Positions 37,540-50,050 of a DNA stretch of 64,000 bases are shown here, piece by piece. The position numbers were made by a program, and so were the translations under genes. Location: contig NC_086097.1 of NCBI RefSeq assembly GCF_963921235.1, positions 194,434,001-194,498,000 on the forward strand, read 5' to 3'. A model generated the notes under the pieces. The model ran no database searches. It had not been told where the DNA came from and was given only the letters and a program-made list of their open reading frames with translations. This stretch comes from Mobula hypostoma. Lineage: Eukaryota. Position 1 is the first letter of the stretch. Each line of letters opens with the position of its first letter.

Positions 37540-37783
37540 TGAGTGAACTCTTCTTGGGCTTCCAGCTGGGTACAGGTATTGATTTTTACTGATGTTTCAA
37601 TGGGAAACTCTGCTATATATACCCCATCCCTCATATATACCACCAGACTGGACATGCCTAGGCATCATCCCTGATGACGGTGGCAGAGTTTGTCATTGAA
37701 ACGCCGATTAAAATTGATATCTGTACCTGGCTGGAAGCCCGAGAAGAGTTTATTCATCATATACACCGGGAAAGCATTACATC
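37540..37783. mobile_element. Foldback mini-element of a second PLE-like family with hammerhead core
   Basis: Inverted arms 37540-37616 and 37680-37756; CTGATGA (37671-37677), stem II, GAAAC; TSD-like TTA(T/C)ATTACATTT at 37527-37539 and 37784-37796. Confidence 0.7.
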
Positions 37784-37929
37784 TTACATTACATTTATTC
37801 ACCATAAGGTCATTCAGTCTTCAGTCTATACCAGCTCTGACAGCAATCTCATCAGTACACTTCCACTTATTTGCCTGCAAACCATCCTCTCATGTGCCCA
37901 TTAAATTTCATCAATTCTTCTGCTCCCAC

Positions 37930-38113
37930 TAACATTAGGAGAAATTTGCAATAACTAATTAACCTGCCAGATTTTCTTCACCATGTGTGAGAAAACAAGA
38001 GCACATGGGTATTAGGGAAAACATACAAATTCCACGTGTACAGCATTGGACATGAAGATTGAACCCAGGTCACCTGAGCTGTGTGGCAGCAGTCCTGACT
38101 GCTGCATCACTGA
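37930..38113 (-). mobile_element. Old tRNA-derived SINE remnant
   Basis: Minus-strand B box GGTTCAATC; body similar to 57845-57970. Confidence 0.6.
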
Positions 38114-39745
38114 AGATCATGTTCTGGTTGGAAGTGATTTAATTAGATGCATGTTTTGAAGGATTATGGTCTTGAAATGTTCCATATAAAAGTTTCATGT
38201 GTTCCTGTTTCTTTAGTCCAGTTCTTTGGTTACCTGTGGTGTGTCAAGAAGGAAGAACAGTTAATATTTTGAGTGATATGAGAATCTTTAATGTCATAAA
38301 CAGGGTCCCTATGTACAGAATTAAAAATTGTCAATTACTGAATAATTTGATTTGGCATTTTGGGACATACAGGGTAATTCCATTGCTCTGACTAGATTTT
38401 GATTGAAGGGAACATTCTGTACAAAGCTTTAGAAGTTATGGAGAATGAATATTTCCCACAATGACAAATTTACTCCTCGGACTCTCAAATGGAGCCATAA
38501 TAGATTTTGTTTTGCATTAAAGCAGATGATATTAGCATTTTGGAAATACAGGGAGTTTTTCAAGAGAAGTTTGAAAGAAGATGTAGTTTGAAGGTCAAAG
38601 ATATATCCTTTGTGAGATCAATTTGAATTTAAGATTTTGTCTTCAAAAAACTAGAGCTCAACACATTCAACAATTTTTATTAATTTTGAAAATAAATTAT
38701 ATTTGGGCAATGATCAAATCTTGTTGGGTATATGTGCCTTGTAGGATGTTAGGCAATGTGAGAGAATAAGTTGTAAATTGGGAAAAAAGTTAAGCTTCAA
38801 CAAAACTTGTTAACCCGATAATGATTAGCTTTGGGATTTTGAATTGAAAAATGCGAGCAATGGATTGGCACAATATGTTGTGATATTCCTGGAACAGTTT
38901 CAGGATTAAAGTTAGTGGGACAAAAATGTGTTATTGACCTGGAAGTTGTTGGGTGGGGGGGCATGGCTGCATGAGATTTTACAGATGTTATGGAAATATT
39001 CTATTGAAGTAATGTTTATATTAAATCCTTGCATTCAGCAAAATGGTAAAGTTCCTTTTTTATTCTAAATCATAAGCAGGATATTACAGCATTAAATAGG
39101 AAGATTTCCAAAACTGATTTTGAATTGGATTAAATTCCTTTGATATGATTCACCAATAGCTATTAGTTTGATATTAAGTTTAAGTCAAAAAAATGTAGAT
39201 AAGATTACTTATGTTATTGTTTTCTTATGGATAGTATGTTGTTGTCTATGAGCATTTCCAGAGGTTGCCTTTCATAAACTGAAGACTACGTCAGACATTG
39301 AAACATGGGGAAGTAAACAGACACTTTGTGTTCTTTTGAAGATCACTGAAAAGCCAAAATTTGACTTGCATTAGATGATGTAGCATGATACTAGGCTACC
39401 AGGGGAAGCATGCACAAATGACTGGTTGTGATTAAGGCAATGAGTAGGTAGATATTCATTTGTGTTGAAGAAGAAGGCTCAGACATACATGGTTATTCAG
39501 CAACAACACATTATAAAAGTACTTTGCAATGCTTTGTTAAAGGTTTGGATCTTGTGTGCAATTGAATTTTGCAGTGGCTGACCAATAATTGAAATGGTCA
39601 TTGGTTCCCTGCTGCAATGTTGATTTTAAATCACTGTACATATGCAATGCAGTAACATATTACAGTAACTTTGTTTTTGCAAATTCATTCCATTTTAATC
39701 AATGGAGGCAAATTTCAGAAGTTTTTTGTGCATAAATTATATTCT

Positions 39746-40310
39746 TAGAATCAGAATCGGAATTAGAATCAGGTTTATTATCACTGACCAATGTCATGAA
39801 ATTTGTTGTTTTGCTGCAGCAGTGCAGTGCAATACTTACAATATACCATAAATTATAGTAAGATATGTATCTTTGGGTCTGTGAATGCTCACAGATTTTT
39901 CCCATATAAATAAATGGTAATTTCTTCTTCACCTTACGACATTCCAGCTTATGAACCATTTCATAGGAACGCTCTACCTTTGGATGGTGGGGGAAACCTG
40001 TATATATATAATTAAAGAAGTGGTGCAAAAAGAGAGCAAAAATTAGTGAGGTAGTGTTCATGGGTTCATTGTTCGTTCAGAAATCTGATGGTGGAGGGGA
40101 TAAAACAGTTCCTTAAACATTGAGTGTGTGTTTTGAGGCTCCTGTACCTCCTCTCCGATGGTAGCAATGAGAAGAGGGCATTTCCTGGGTGATGGGGGTC
40201 CTTAATGATGGATACTGCCTTTTTGAGGCATTGCATTCTGAAGATGTCCTGGATGCTGGGGAGGCTGGTGCCCATGATGGAGCTGGCTGAGTTTACAACC
40301 CACTTTCTCT
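39746..40310 (-). mobile_element. Rex/Babar 3' end
   Basis: IIKDPHHPGNALFSLLPSERRYRS; (GATTCT)n tail. Confidence 0.85.
39870..40000. mobile_element. Possible Tigger/pogo-like DNA transposon end inside the Rex 3' UTR
   Basis: GGGGAAACCTG abutting a TA run; only one terminus visible. Confidence 0.4.
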
Positions 40311-41938
40311 TCCGATTAGCACACAAAATGGGAGATACATGTAGTCCACAATCAATGATTAATTAAGCCTTGCTGTTTCACTGTTAAATGTTCAGTGCTA
40401 AGTTCACTGTTCTATGAAAAAATTGTGATTTGCACTTTGGTATAATTTAGTTAATTTTTTCCTATGCTGCTAGAAATTAAAACCTATCAAATTTGAGACA
40501 TTTTCCCTCGCTACAATTGTCTTCTGTTCATGTTCTGTAAAAATAAATCCATTGACTGGCTAAGTTCTTACCTGTTAACAATAGAATAATCACATAGTCC
40601 AAAGCCAGATGACATTCATAACCATTCAGTACAGGAGAAATTGGTATTCACAGTACTTTCTTTGGATCATCTCAGATAACAGATCGTGCATCACAATTTC
40701 TGACTCTTTGTCTTTGTACTGGACTCCCTGGAGTCTAATTTAGATCTCCTTTTGCTATTAGCCTAAGGAAGCAAGCTGGTAATATATCTCTCCCAACTTC
40801 ATGCTGTGTTGATGTGCTCAGTGAACTAATGTCTTGTGTTGCACTGTATTTTAAATGTATTGAAAGGGTTTTGAATATTTTTTCCTGATATGAAATGTGG
40901 ATTGTCATATTAATTAACAAATTAAAATTTATCTGGAGAGGACAGCTTCAATTTTAGTAATCAGATCAAGAGTTATAGAAGTCTATGTGGAACAATGCCC
41001 ACTTTTACTGTGTACTTCATCATGCTCATTTAACTGTGCTTTCTCCATGGCAACAGCATGCATCAGGCACATAGATGTTAATGTCAATAAAGGAAGCACA
41101 TTGAAATAGGTCTCCTGTTTCTCTTCAGAACTGAAGGTAAGATAATCTGATATGATGTATTTTGGAGCAAATACACCTTTCAGACTTCTTAGCCAAATAG
41201 CTAATTAGGACAGGAGCAGGTTGCCTCAACTTTCAACCTACTCCAACACTCATAAAGATCATGGCTGATCTCATCTTTGACTTTAACCCCATTTTCTGGC
41301 TTGAATTCCTAACCATCAATTTTTCAAGAGTGCTAAAACCTTTTACACTCAGATCAAACTTGGGAGGTTAAATGACTACTATAAATCGCCCCAGTTTGTC
41401 CATAAGGGGGAGCTGATGGGTGCATAGGAAGAATAACATGAGGTAGGGTAGGATTACTATAGAAGTGGGTGCTTTGTGCTTTGCAGGGATGCAGTGTACT
41501 AAAGGACACATTTCTCTGCCGTGCTTCTCGATGACGCTATGAATCTAAATACATTTAATGATTCTGTATAGTGTACAAACAAATATTGTATGGCTTAACA
41601 TTGAATATTTAACTTGAGAAATGCTTAACACTTTGCATAATTATACTGCAGTTAATCCCTAGGTATATATACACATTATTAAAGTACTTCAAAAAGCACA
41701 TTGAAGCAATAGTGAATACTTAGGTTGGTGGTTTAATGATTTCCATGCAACTTCCATAAATGGGACTATTCATAAGATCTCTCTTTATGCTGATGATCTC
41801 TTAGTTTATATTTCGAATCCTGAAGAATCCATTCCTAGTTTATTGACATTATTAAATGAATTTGGAAAGTTTTCGGGATATAAACTAAACCTTTATAAAA
41901 GTGAATTATTTCCTCTAGATGATTCTGCTTCTATATAC

Positions 41939-44900
41939 GCGTTTTTAAATTCACTACTGCAAGCCTCTTCCGGTGATGCCTACATTGAAGAAGTTTAAAT
42001 CTTCTTTTCGATGGGAGTTTAGTGAAACTATCTCTCACTGCTCCCCATCTATAATTTCTTCGGTGCTTCAATTATGATCAGAGATTAAGGGAGCTAGGGC
42101 TTTACTCTTTGGAGAGAAGGAGGATGAGAGGAGATATGATAGAGGTGTACAAGATAATAAGAGGAATAGATAGAGTGGATAGCCAGCACCTCATCCCCAG
42201 CGCACCACTGCTCAATACAAGAGGACATGGCTTTAAGGTAAGGGGTGGGAAGCTCAAGGAGGATATTAGAGGAAGGTTTTTTACTCAGAGAGTGGTTGGT
42301 GCGTGGAATGCACTGCCTGAGTCAGTGGTGGAGGCAGATACACTAGTGAAGTTTAAGAGACTACTAGACAGGTATATGGAGGAATTTAAGGTGGAAACTT
42401 ATATGGGAGGCAGGGTTTGAGGGTCGGCACAACATTGTGGGCCGAAGGGCCTGTACTGCGCTCTACTATTCTATGTTCTATGTTCTATGTTCAACTTTTC
42501 GACCACATTTTGACTCAGACTCGTTATTACAGCCATATATCCTTTCTTGGAACGTGTCTCTGCTGCCAGCTTACTCCAGTTGGCTTTAGGATTTGTTTTC
42601 GAGCCTCTCAATTTGGACCTTCTGAGGATCCCAGGTACTCACATTTTATTGACCCTGCCTCCCGTCACTTCTCCCGTCAAGCTCTGGAGGCAACCCTCTC
42701 CGCCATGAGGAGGTACTTGGCGTCCCTATCCCAGACCCGTCCACACCTTTGGGACACTTTCTTCACCGTCTGTAATGGTCCTACCCGTTATTTCATCCTC
42801 CGTCGGATTCACGACGGCAATCGCCGTTTTTTTGACTTTGTCATTTCAGGCAAAGATCACAAGATCTTACATCTGCAGACCCCAGAGCCTGCTGGCCCCG
42901 ACGCTAGCAGGCGTGAACTTCAGATTGCGGCTCCTGCCATTGATCTCGCTGGCTCCAGCACCCCAGGGCATATTCAAAACCCGGACTCCAGCAACGACCA
43001 TGGACACCTTCAAAGTGATTGCGCAACCACCAACTGCGACGCCAGCCTTGAACTCCAGGCCGGGTCTTTATGTGCTGCTGTTGTGACTCCCGTCTCCCCT
43101 TCCCCCACCACCACTCTGCAACCCCATCTCCCTCAGATCCCACCGTTAGCTCCTGGGCCCTCAGAGGCTCCATCTTCCTCTCACCCCAACCCTCCCGTCT
43201 CCACTGACACCCCCAGCCTCCCTACCCCTCCCCTCTTTGATCTCACTTCCTTTGACCCCTTTGCCCACACCTCAGCGAGGGGTTCTGTGTTCTCCATGAC
43301 GCTGAACTATTCTTCTGCCGGCTCCGTCTTTGAGCCTACTTCTTCGGCAAAGACTCTCCCACCCCCACCGATGATCCCTTCTCCCGTCTTCAACCCTCCT
43401 CCTCTTCATGGACACCCGCTCTGGTCTTCTGCCTGCTCTGGATCTCTTTATTGCTAACTGCCGACGGGACATCAACCGTCTCGACTTCACCGCACCTTGT
43501 CCCCATTCCAACCTCACTCCTTCCGAACGCTCTGCTCTCCACTCCCTCCGCACTAATCCTAACCTTACTATAAAACCCGCCGATATTGGGGGTGCCATTG
43601 TAGTCTGGTGTACTAACCTCTACTTTGCCGAGGCACAGCGACAACTCGTGGATACCTCCTCTTATATACCCCTCGATCATGACCCCGCTAAGGAGCACCA
43701 GGCCATTGTCTCCCACACCATCACCGACTTTATCTGCTCAGGGGATCTTCCATCCACTGCTACCAACCTTATAGTTCCCACACCTTGCACTTCCCGTTTC
43801 TACCTCCTACCCAAGATCCGCAAACCTGCCTGTCCAGGTAGACCCATTGTCTCAGCTTGCTCCTGTCCCACCGAACTCGTTTCTGCATACCTCAACACTG
43901 TTTTATCCTCCCTTGTTCAATCCCATCCTACCCCTGTTCATGACACTTCTCACGCTCTGAATCTTTTCAGTGATTTAAAGTTCCCTGGCCCCCATCGCTT
44001 TATTTTCACCATGGATGTTCAGTCCCTATATAGTTCTATCCCCCACCAGGAAGGTCTCAAAGCTCTCTGCTTCTTTTTGGATTCCAGACCTAACCAGTTC
44101 CCCTCTACCACTACTCTGCACCATCTAGCGGAATTAGTCCTTACTCTTAATAATTTCTCCTTTGGCTCCTCCCACTTCCGCCAAACTAAAGGTGTAGCCA
44201 TGGGCACCCGTATGGGTTCCAGCTATGCCTGCCTTTTTGTTGGCTTTGTGGAACAATCCATGTTCCAAGCCTATACTGGTATCTGACCCCACTTTTCCTT
44301 CGCTACATCGACGACTGCATTGGCACTGCTTCCTGCACACATGCTGAGCTCGTTGACTTCGTTAACTTTACCTCCAACTTCCACCCTGCCATCAAGTTTA
44401 CCTGGTCCATTTCCGACACCTCCCTCCCCTTTCTTGATCTTTCTGTCTCTATCTCTGGAGACAGCTTATCTACTGATGTCTACTAATAAGCCTACGGACT
44501 CTCACAGCTACCTGGACTATTCCTCTTCTCACCCTGTCTCTTGCAAAAATGCCATCTCCTTCTCGCAATTCCTCTGTCTCTGCCGCATCTGCTCTCAGGA
44601 TGAGACTTTTCATTCCAGGACAAAGGAGAAGTCCTCCTTTTTTAAAGAAAGGGTCTTCCCTTCCTCCACCATCAACTCTGCTCTCAAACGCATCTCTCCC
44701 ATTTCATGCACATCTGCTCTCACTCCATCCTCCCGCCACCCCACTAGGAATAGGGTTCCCCTGGTCCTCACCTACCACCCCACCAGCCTCCGGGTCCAAC
44801 ATAAAATTCTCCGTAACTTCCGCCACCTCCAATGGGATCCCACCACCAAGCACATCTTTCCCTCCTACCCCCTCTGCTTTCCGCAGGGATCACTCCCTAC

Positions 44901-45490
44901 GCGATTCCCGTGTCCATTTGTCCCCCCCATCCCTACCCACCGATCTCCCTCCCGGCACTTATCCTTGTAAGCAGAATGAGCTGCACATGCCCTTACACTT
45001 CCTCCCTCACCACCATTCAGGGCCCCAGACAGTCCTTCCAGGTGAGGTGACGCTTCACCTGTGAGTCGGCTGGGTTGATATACTGTGTCCGGTGCCCCCG
45101 ATGCGGCCTTCTATATATTGGTGAGACCCGACGCAGACGGGGAGACCGTTTCGCTGAACACCTACGCTCTGTCCACCAGAGAAAGCAGGATCTCCCAGTA
45201 GCCACACATTTTAATTCCATGTCCCATTCCCATTCTGACATGTCTATCCATGGCCTCCTCTACTGTCAAGATGAAGCCACACTCAGGTTGGAGGAACAAC
45301 ACCTTATATTCCGTCTGGGTAGCCTCCAACCTGATGGCATGAACACTGACTTCTCTAACTTCCGTTAATGCCCCACCTCCCCTTCGTACCCCATCCATTA
45401 TTGATTTATCTTTTATTATTATATATATATATTTTTCTCTCTCTCCTTTTTCTCCCTCTGTCCCTCTCATTATACTCCTTGCCCATTCTC
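41939..45490 (+). mobile_element. Near-complete Penelope-like element (RT + Cys linker + GIY-YIG), 3' end lost before the hammerhead
   Basis: IKPADIGG, FYLLPKI, PGRPIVS, MDVQSLY, GVAMGT, RYIDD, IYCVRCPRCGLLYIGET. Confidence 0.93.
42072..42489 (+). mobile_element. CR1 3' fragment inserted in the PLE ORF
   Basis: Near-identical to 19827-20243; TTCAA duplicated at 42067-42071 and 42490-42494. Confidence 0.9.
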
Positions 45491-46410
45491 TCAGAATTAT
45501 TTATTAAAACCTTCACTAAATGATCCTACCTTTTTTCTTTGGAGGAATAAAGGAGTCATGGATCTGTTCCAAGAAGGCTGATTGATGTCTTTTGAGAAAT
45601 TAGTAACTAAATACTCTCTCTCGTACTCACATTTCTTGCAATATCTTCCGGTCAGACATTTCTTAGAAGAATATTTGAGTAATTTTCCATATATACAAGA
45701 TTCTGACCTGTTAGACATTATTTTTAAAATGAATCCTTTAGTGAAAGGTCTTACTGGGAAAATTTATAATTTACTATTACAACAGTACAATTATCCTTCA
45801 GTTAAGATTAAGCAAGATTGGGAAAGAGAGCTTAACATGACCTTGATAATAGAGGATTGGTTGCGAATTTTGAAGTTGGTTAACTCTTCTTTGATTTGTG
45901 CCAGTCACTCTTTAATTCAATTTAAAATTGTACATCGTTACTATTTTACAACAGAGAGGCCGTCTAAAATATTTCCTAATGTTGATAGTCAGTGCGATAG
46001 ATGTAAAACTGAGACAGCTACATTGACACATATGCTTTGGTTGTATTCTGTATTGAAACAGTTTTGGAAATCTATTTTCTCTACAATTTCTAAAGCTTTA
46101 AAAATTAATTTATAACCTAATAAATTGACAGTTTTGTTCGGTATAATCCCTCAATATATTCATGGTATTTCTATATCAGACCAATATGTAATTGCATTTG
46201 TTACATTATTGGCCAAAAGGGCTATTTTGTTGAAATGGAAAGATGCCTCTGCTCCCACTTTGATACAATGGTTCTCTCAGGTGAAGTTATGTCTTCGTTT
46301 GGAGAAAATCAGAAGTCAAACTTTTGATCCTCGATTGACTTTGAGAAAATGTGGGGTTCTTTTGCCCGTTACTATCATTTGATTTGAGTTAATTAAGATG
46401 GTTCCCTTCT

Positions 46411-46920
46411 CATAGTTATAGTCATACTTTATTGATCCCGTGGGAAATTGGTTTTCATTACAGTTGCACTATAAATAATAAATAGTAATAAAACCATAAA
46501 TAGTTAAATAGTAATATGTAAATTATGCCAGGAAAATAAGTCCAGGACCAGCCTATTGGCTCAGGATGTCTGACCCTCCAAGGGAGGAGTTGTAAAGTTT
46601 GATGGCCACAGGCAGGAATGACTTCCCATGACGCTCTGTGTTGCATCTCGGTGGAATGAGTCTCTGGCTGAATGTACTCCTGTGCCCACCCAGTACATTA
46701 TGTAGTGGATGGGAGACATTGACCAAGATGGCATGCAATTTGGACAGCATCCTCTTTTCAGACACCACCGTCAGAGAGTCTAGTTCCATCCCCACAACAT
46801 CATTGGCCTTATGAATGAGTTTGTTGATTCTGTTGGTGTCTGCTACCCTCAGCCTGCTGCCCCAGCACACAACAGCAAACATGATAGCACTGGCCACCAT
46901 AGACTCGTAGAACATCTTCA
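46411..46920 (-). mobile_element. Rex1 3' fragment in the L1 3' UTR
   Basis: Near-identical to 52884-53400. Confidence 0.9.
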
Positions 46921-47584
46921 GATGATTGTTTAAATGAACTTGGTTTGGCGGATTGATGTTTTTCTTTTATGGAAGTTAATATGGCATATAGCTCTGGGGT
47001 TGTGCTCCCAATGGTTTTTTTGTTGTTTTTTTCATTAGTAGGGGTTTTTTTGTTTTAGTTAGTAGGGGTTCTTTTTTCCTTCTTTCTCTTTTTCCAAAAA
47101 AATGTTTAGCATATTATTTTTTCTTCTTATTATTGATATATTGTTTAGCTTTGTTAATCAGCTATTTGATAATTTAATTTCTCATTGTACATATTGACAT
47201 GTTGACTTGATTACTTTAATGTATTTTTTTGTTGATCTTCAATAATAATTAGTAAAAAAGATTTATAAAATGAAAATGAATGAAAATCATTTGATTTGTT
47301 CTGATTGGATTTTTAGAGATTCTTAAGTGTTGAAGGAGCTGCTCATAATCAGAGTGTTCTAATATGTTCTTGACTTGTGCCTTTAGTGATGCTGGGAACA
47401 TTTTGGGAAGTCAGAAGTTGAATCATTCAAGGAATTATAGAGCTTCTAATCTGCCACAGTTTTTAAGAGGCTGGTGCAGTTCAATTACTCATCAGTGGTG
47501 ACCTCCAGGACTTTGATGGTAGGAGAATTGACAATGGTAATGTATTTTAATTCCATTGTCAGAATGAGATAATCTTGTATATGA

Positions 47585-48120
47585 AGTACTGAAAGTTAAC
47601 TTGCAGGTATAGCTAACAAATAGGAAGGAAAATGGTCTGTCGGCCTTTCTTGAAAAAGGGTTTGTGTACTAGAATACAGTAATATTGGGCCCTCCTGAGT
47701 CTGGACAAGGAATATCACATATACATCTAAACTCTTTATAGAAATAAGGATATACTTTCAGTAATGGGAGTGAGGTGAGGTTTCATCACATTGATTCCTG
47801 GGATAGCAGGTTTGTTGTCTGAGGAGAAATTTAGCAGTTGTGGTTTGTTGGGTTTAGAAGAATAAGAGATCTTATTGAAATGTACAAATTCTGACTTGCC
47901 TTGACAGGGTGGATGCAGTGATCACATTTCCCTTGGGAGGGATATTTCGAATCAAGAGTGCAGCTTCCAAATAAGGGTTTGATCTTTCAGGCTCAGATGT
48001 GAAGAGTACAGTGAAACTTTGCGGTTCTCGAACTCAGAGGAATGTAGAGGCTCAGTCCTTGAAAATACTCAAGACTGATAGACTTTTGATATTATAGAAC
48101 TGAGGAATATGAGGTTAGTT
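47585..48120 (+). mobile_element. Highly decayed CR1 3' part
   Basis: Residual similarity to the CR1 C-terminus. Confidence 0.55.
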
Positions 48121-48127
48121 CAGAAAA

Positions 48128-49832
48128 GACCATAAGATATAAGAGCAGAATTAGGCTATTTAGCCCATTGAGTCTGCTCTGCCATTTCATCATGGTTGAT
48201 TCAATTTTGCTCTTCCACTTTCTCCCCATAAACCTTCATGCCCTGACCAATCAAGAATCTATCAACCTCTGTTTTAAATATGCATAAAGACTTGACCTCC
48301 TCAGCTGCGTGTGGCAAAGAAATCCACAGATTCACCACCTCTGACTAAAGAAATTTCTCCTCATCTCTGTTGTAAAATGACACCCCTCTATCCTGAGGCT
48401 GTGTCCTCTGGTCTTAGACTCTACCACCATAGCAAATATCCTTTCCATATCCACTCTATCAAGACCGTTTGATAGAGATCACCCTTCATTCTACTGAATT
48501 CTAGTGAATCCAGGCCCAGCGCCATCAGACATTCTTCATATGACAAGCCATTCAATTCTGAAATAATTTTTGTGCACCTTTTTTGTACACGCACCCTCCA
48601 GTTTCAACACATCCTTTCTGAGATAAGGGGCCCAAACCTGCTCACTATACTCCAAGTCCTCCGAGTGAGGCCTCACCTATGCTTTATAAAGTTTCAACAT
48701 TACATCCTTGCTTTTACATTCTAGCCCTCTTGAATTAACTGCTAACATTGCATTTGCCTTCCCCACCACAGACTCAACCTGCAAATTAACCTTTAGGGAA
48801 TCCTGCACAGGGCTCTCAAGTCCCCTTGCACCTCATTTTTTTGTATTTTCTTTCCATTTAGAAAATATTCAAACCTTTCATTTCTTCTACCAAAGTGCAT
48901 GGCCATACACTTCCCAACACTTGATTCCTTCTGCCATTTATTTGCCCATTCTCCTAATCTGTCTAAGTCCTTCTGTAGCCTCTCTACTTCCTCAAAACTA
49001 CATGCCCCTCCACCTATCTTCATATTGTCTGCACACTTTGCAACAAAGCCATTAATTCCATCTTCCAAATCATTGACATAGAAAGTAAAAAGAATCAGTT
49101 CCAACAAAGACACTTGTGGAACAGCACTAGCCACTGATAGCCAACCAGAAAAGGCCCCCTTTATTCCCACGCTTTGCCTCCTGCCAGTCAGCCACGCTTT
49201 ATCCATGCTAAAATCTTCCCTGTAATACCATGGTGTTGCAGCTTATTAAACAGCCTCATATTCACTAGAATGATTATTCACTAGAATGATTATGCAATAG
49301 AATGATTCTGGGAATGAGAAGGTTAACATATGAGGAATGTTTGACCGCTCTTGGACTGTATTCCTTGGAATTTAGAAGAATGAGGGGGGACCTCACAGAA
49401 ACATTTTGAATGTTGAAGGGCATGGACAGAGTGGATGTGGCAAAGTTGTTTCCCATGATGAAGGAGTCTAGTACGAGAGGGCATGACTTAAGGATTGGAG
49501 GGCACCCATTTAGAATAGAGATGTGAAGAAATTTTTTTAGCCAGAGGGTGGTGAATCTATGGAATTTGTTGCCATGGGTGGCAGTGGAGGCCATGTCATT
49601 GGGTGTATTTAAGGCAGAGATTGATAGGTATCCAAGTAGCCAGGGCATCAAAGGTTTTGGTGAGAAGGCGGGGGAGTGGGACTAAATGGGAGAATGGATC
49701 AGCTCATGATAAAATGGAAGAGCAGACTCGATGAGCCAAATGGTCGACTTCTGCTCCTTTGTCTTATGGTCTTATGGTCTTATGTGTGGCATCTTGTCAA
49801 AGGCCTTCTGAAAATCCAAGTGCACAACATCA
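48128..49832 (-). mobile_element. CR1 RT and 3' end, host of a nested CR1
   Basis: VPQVS...YVNDL, CADNMK, LGEWANKWQ. Confidence 0.88.
49261..49784 (+). mobile_element. CR1 3' fragment with reiterated 5' junction
   Basis: (TCTTATGG)n tail; TAGAATGATT occurs three times at 49261-49310. Confidence 0.85.
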
Positions 49833-50050
49833 ATGGCATGGCATGCATTTTTGATCCCCTGTTGTAATTTGTAGGCCACATCCTTACTACTGTATACAAT
49901 TCCCTTTGCAGTTCCTTAGCTATATTTGCAATGATTCAACACCATCCGACTCTATGTCACCTCTTTCTAATGATTTTATTTCATTTTTTACCAATAGAGC
50001 ATAGCCTATCCTTTTGATACAATGTGTATCCTTGGACATTAAGCCCCCTG

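Larger units (their letters stand above)
41760..47285 (+). mobile_element. L1-clade LINE 3' half, interrupted by PLE and Rex1
   Basis: HKISLYADDLLVYI...FSGYKLN at 41760-41937; CDRCKTETATLTHMLW near 45990-46040; T-rich UTR and A-rich end. Confidence 0.85.

Noticed and set aside
38300..39600. Possible very old Gypsy pol remnant
   Set aside because: Only vague motif echoes; needs a profile search
42417..43457. 346-aa ORF as a host gene
   Set aside because: CR1 3' UTR read into the PLE N-terminal region
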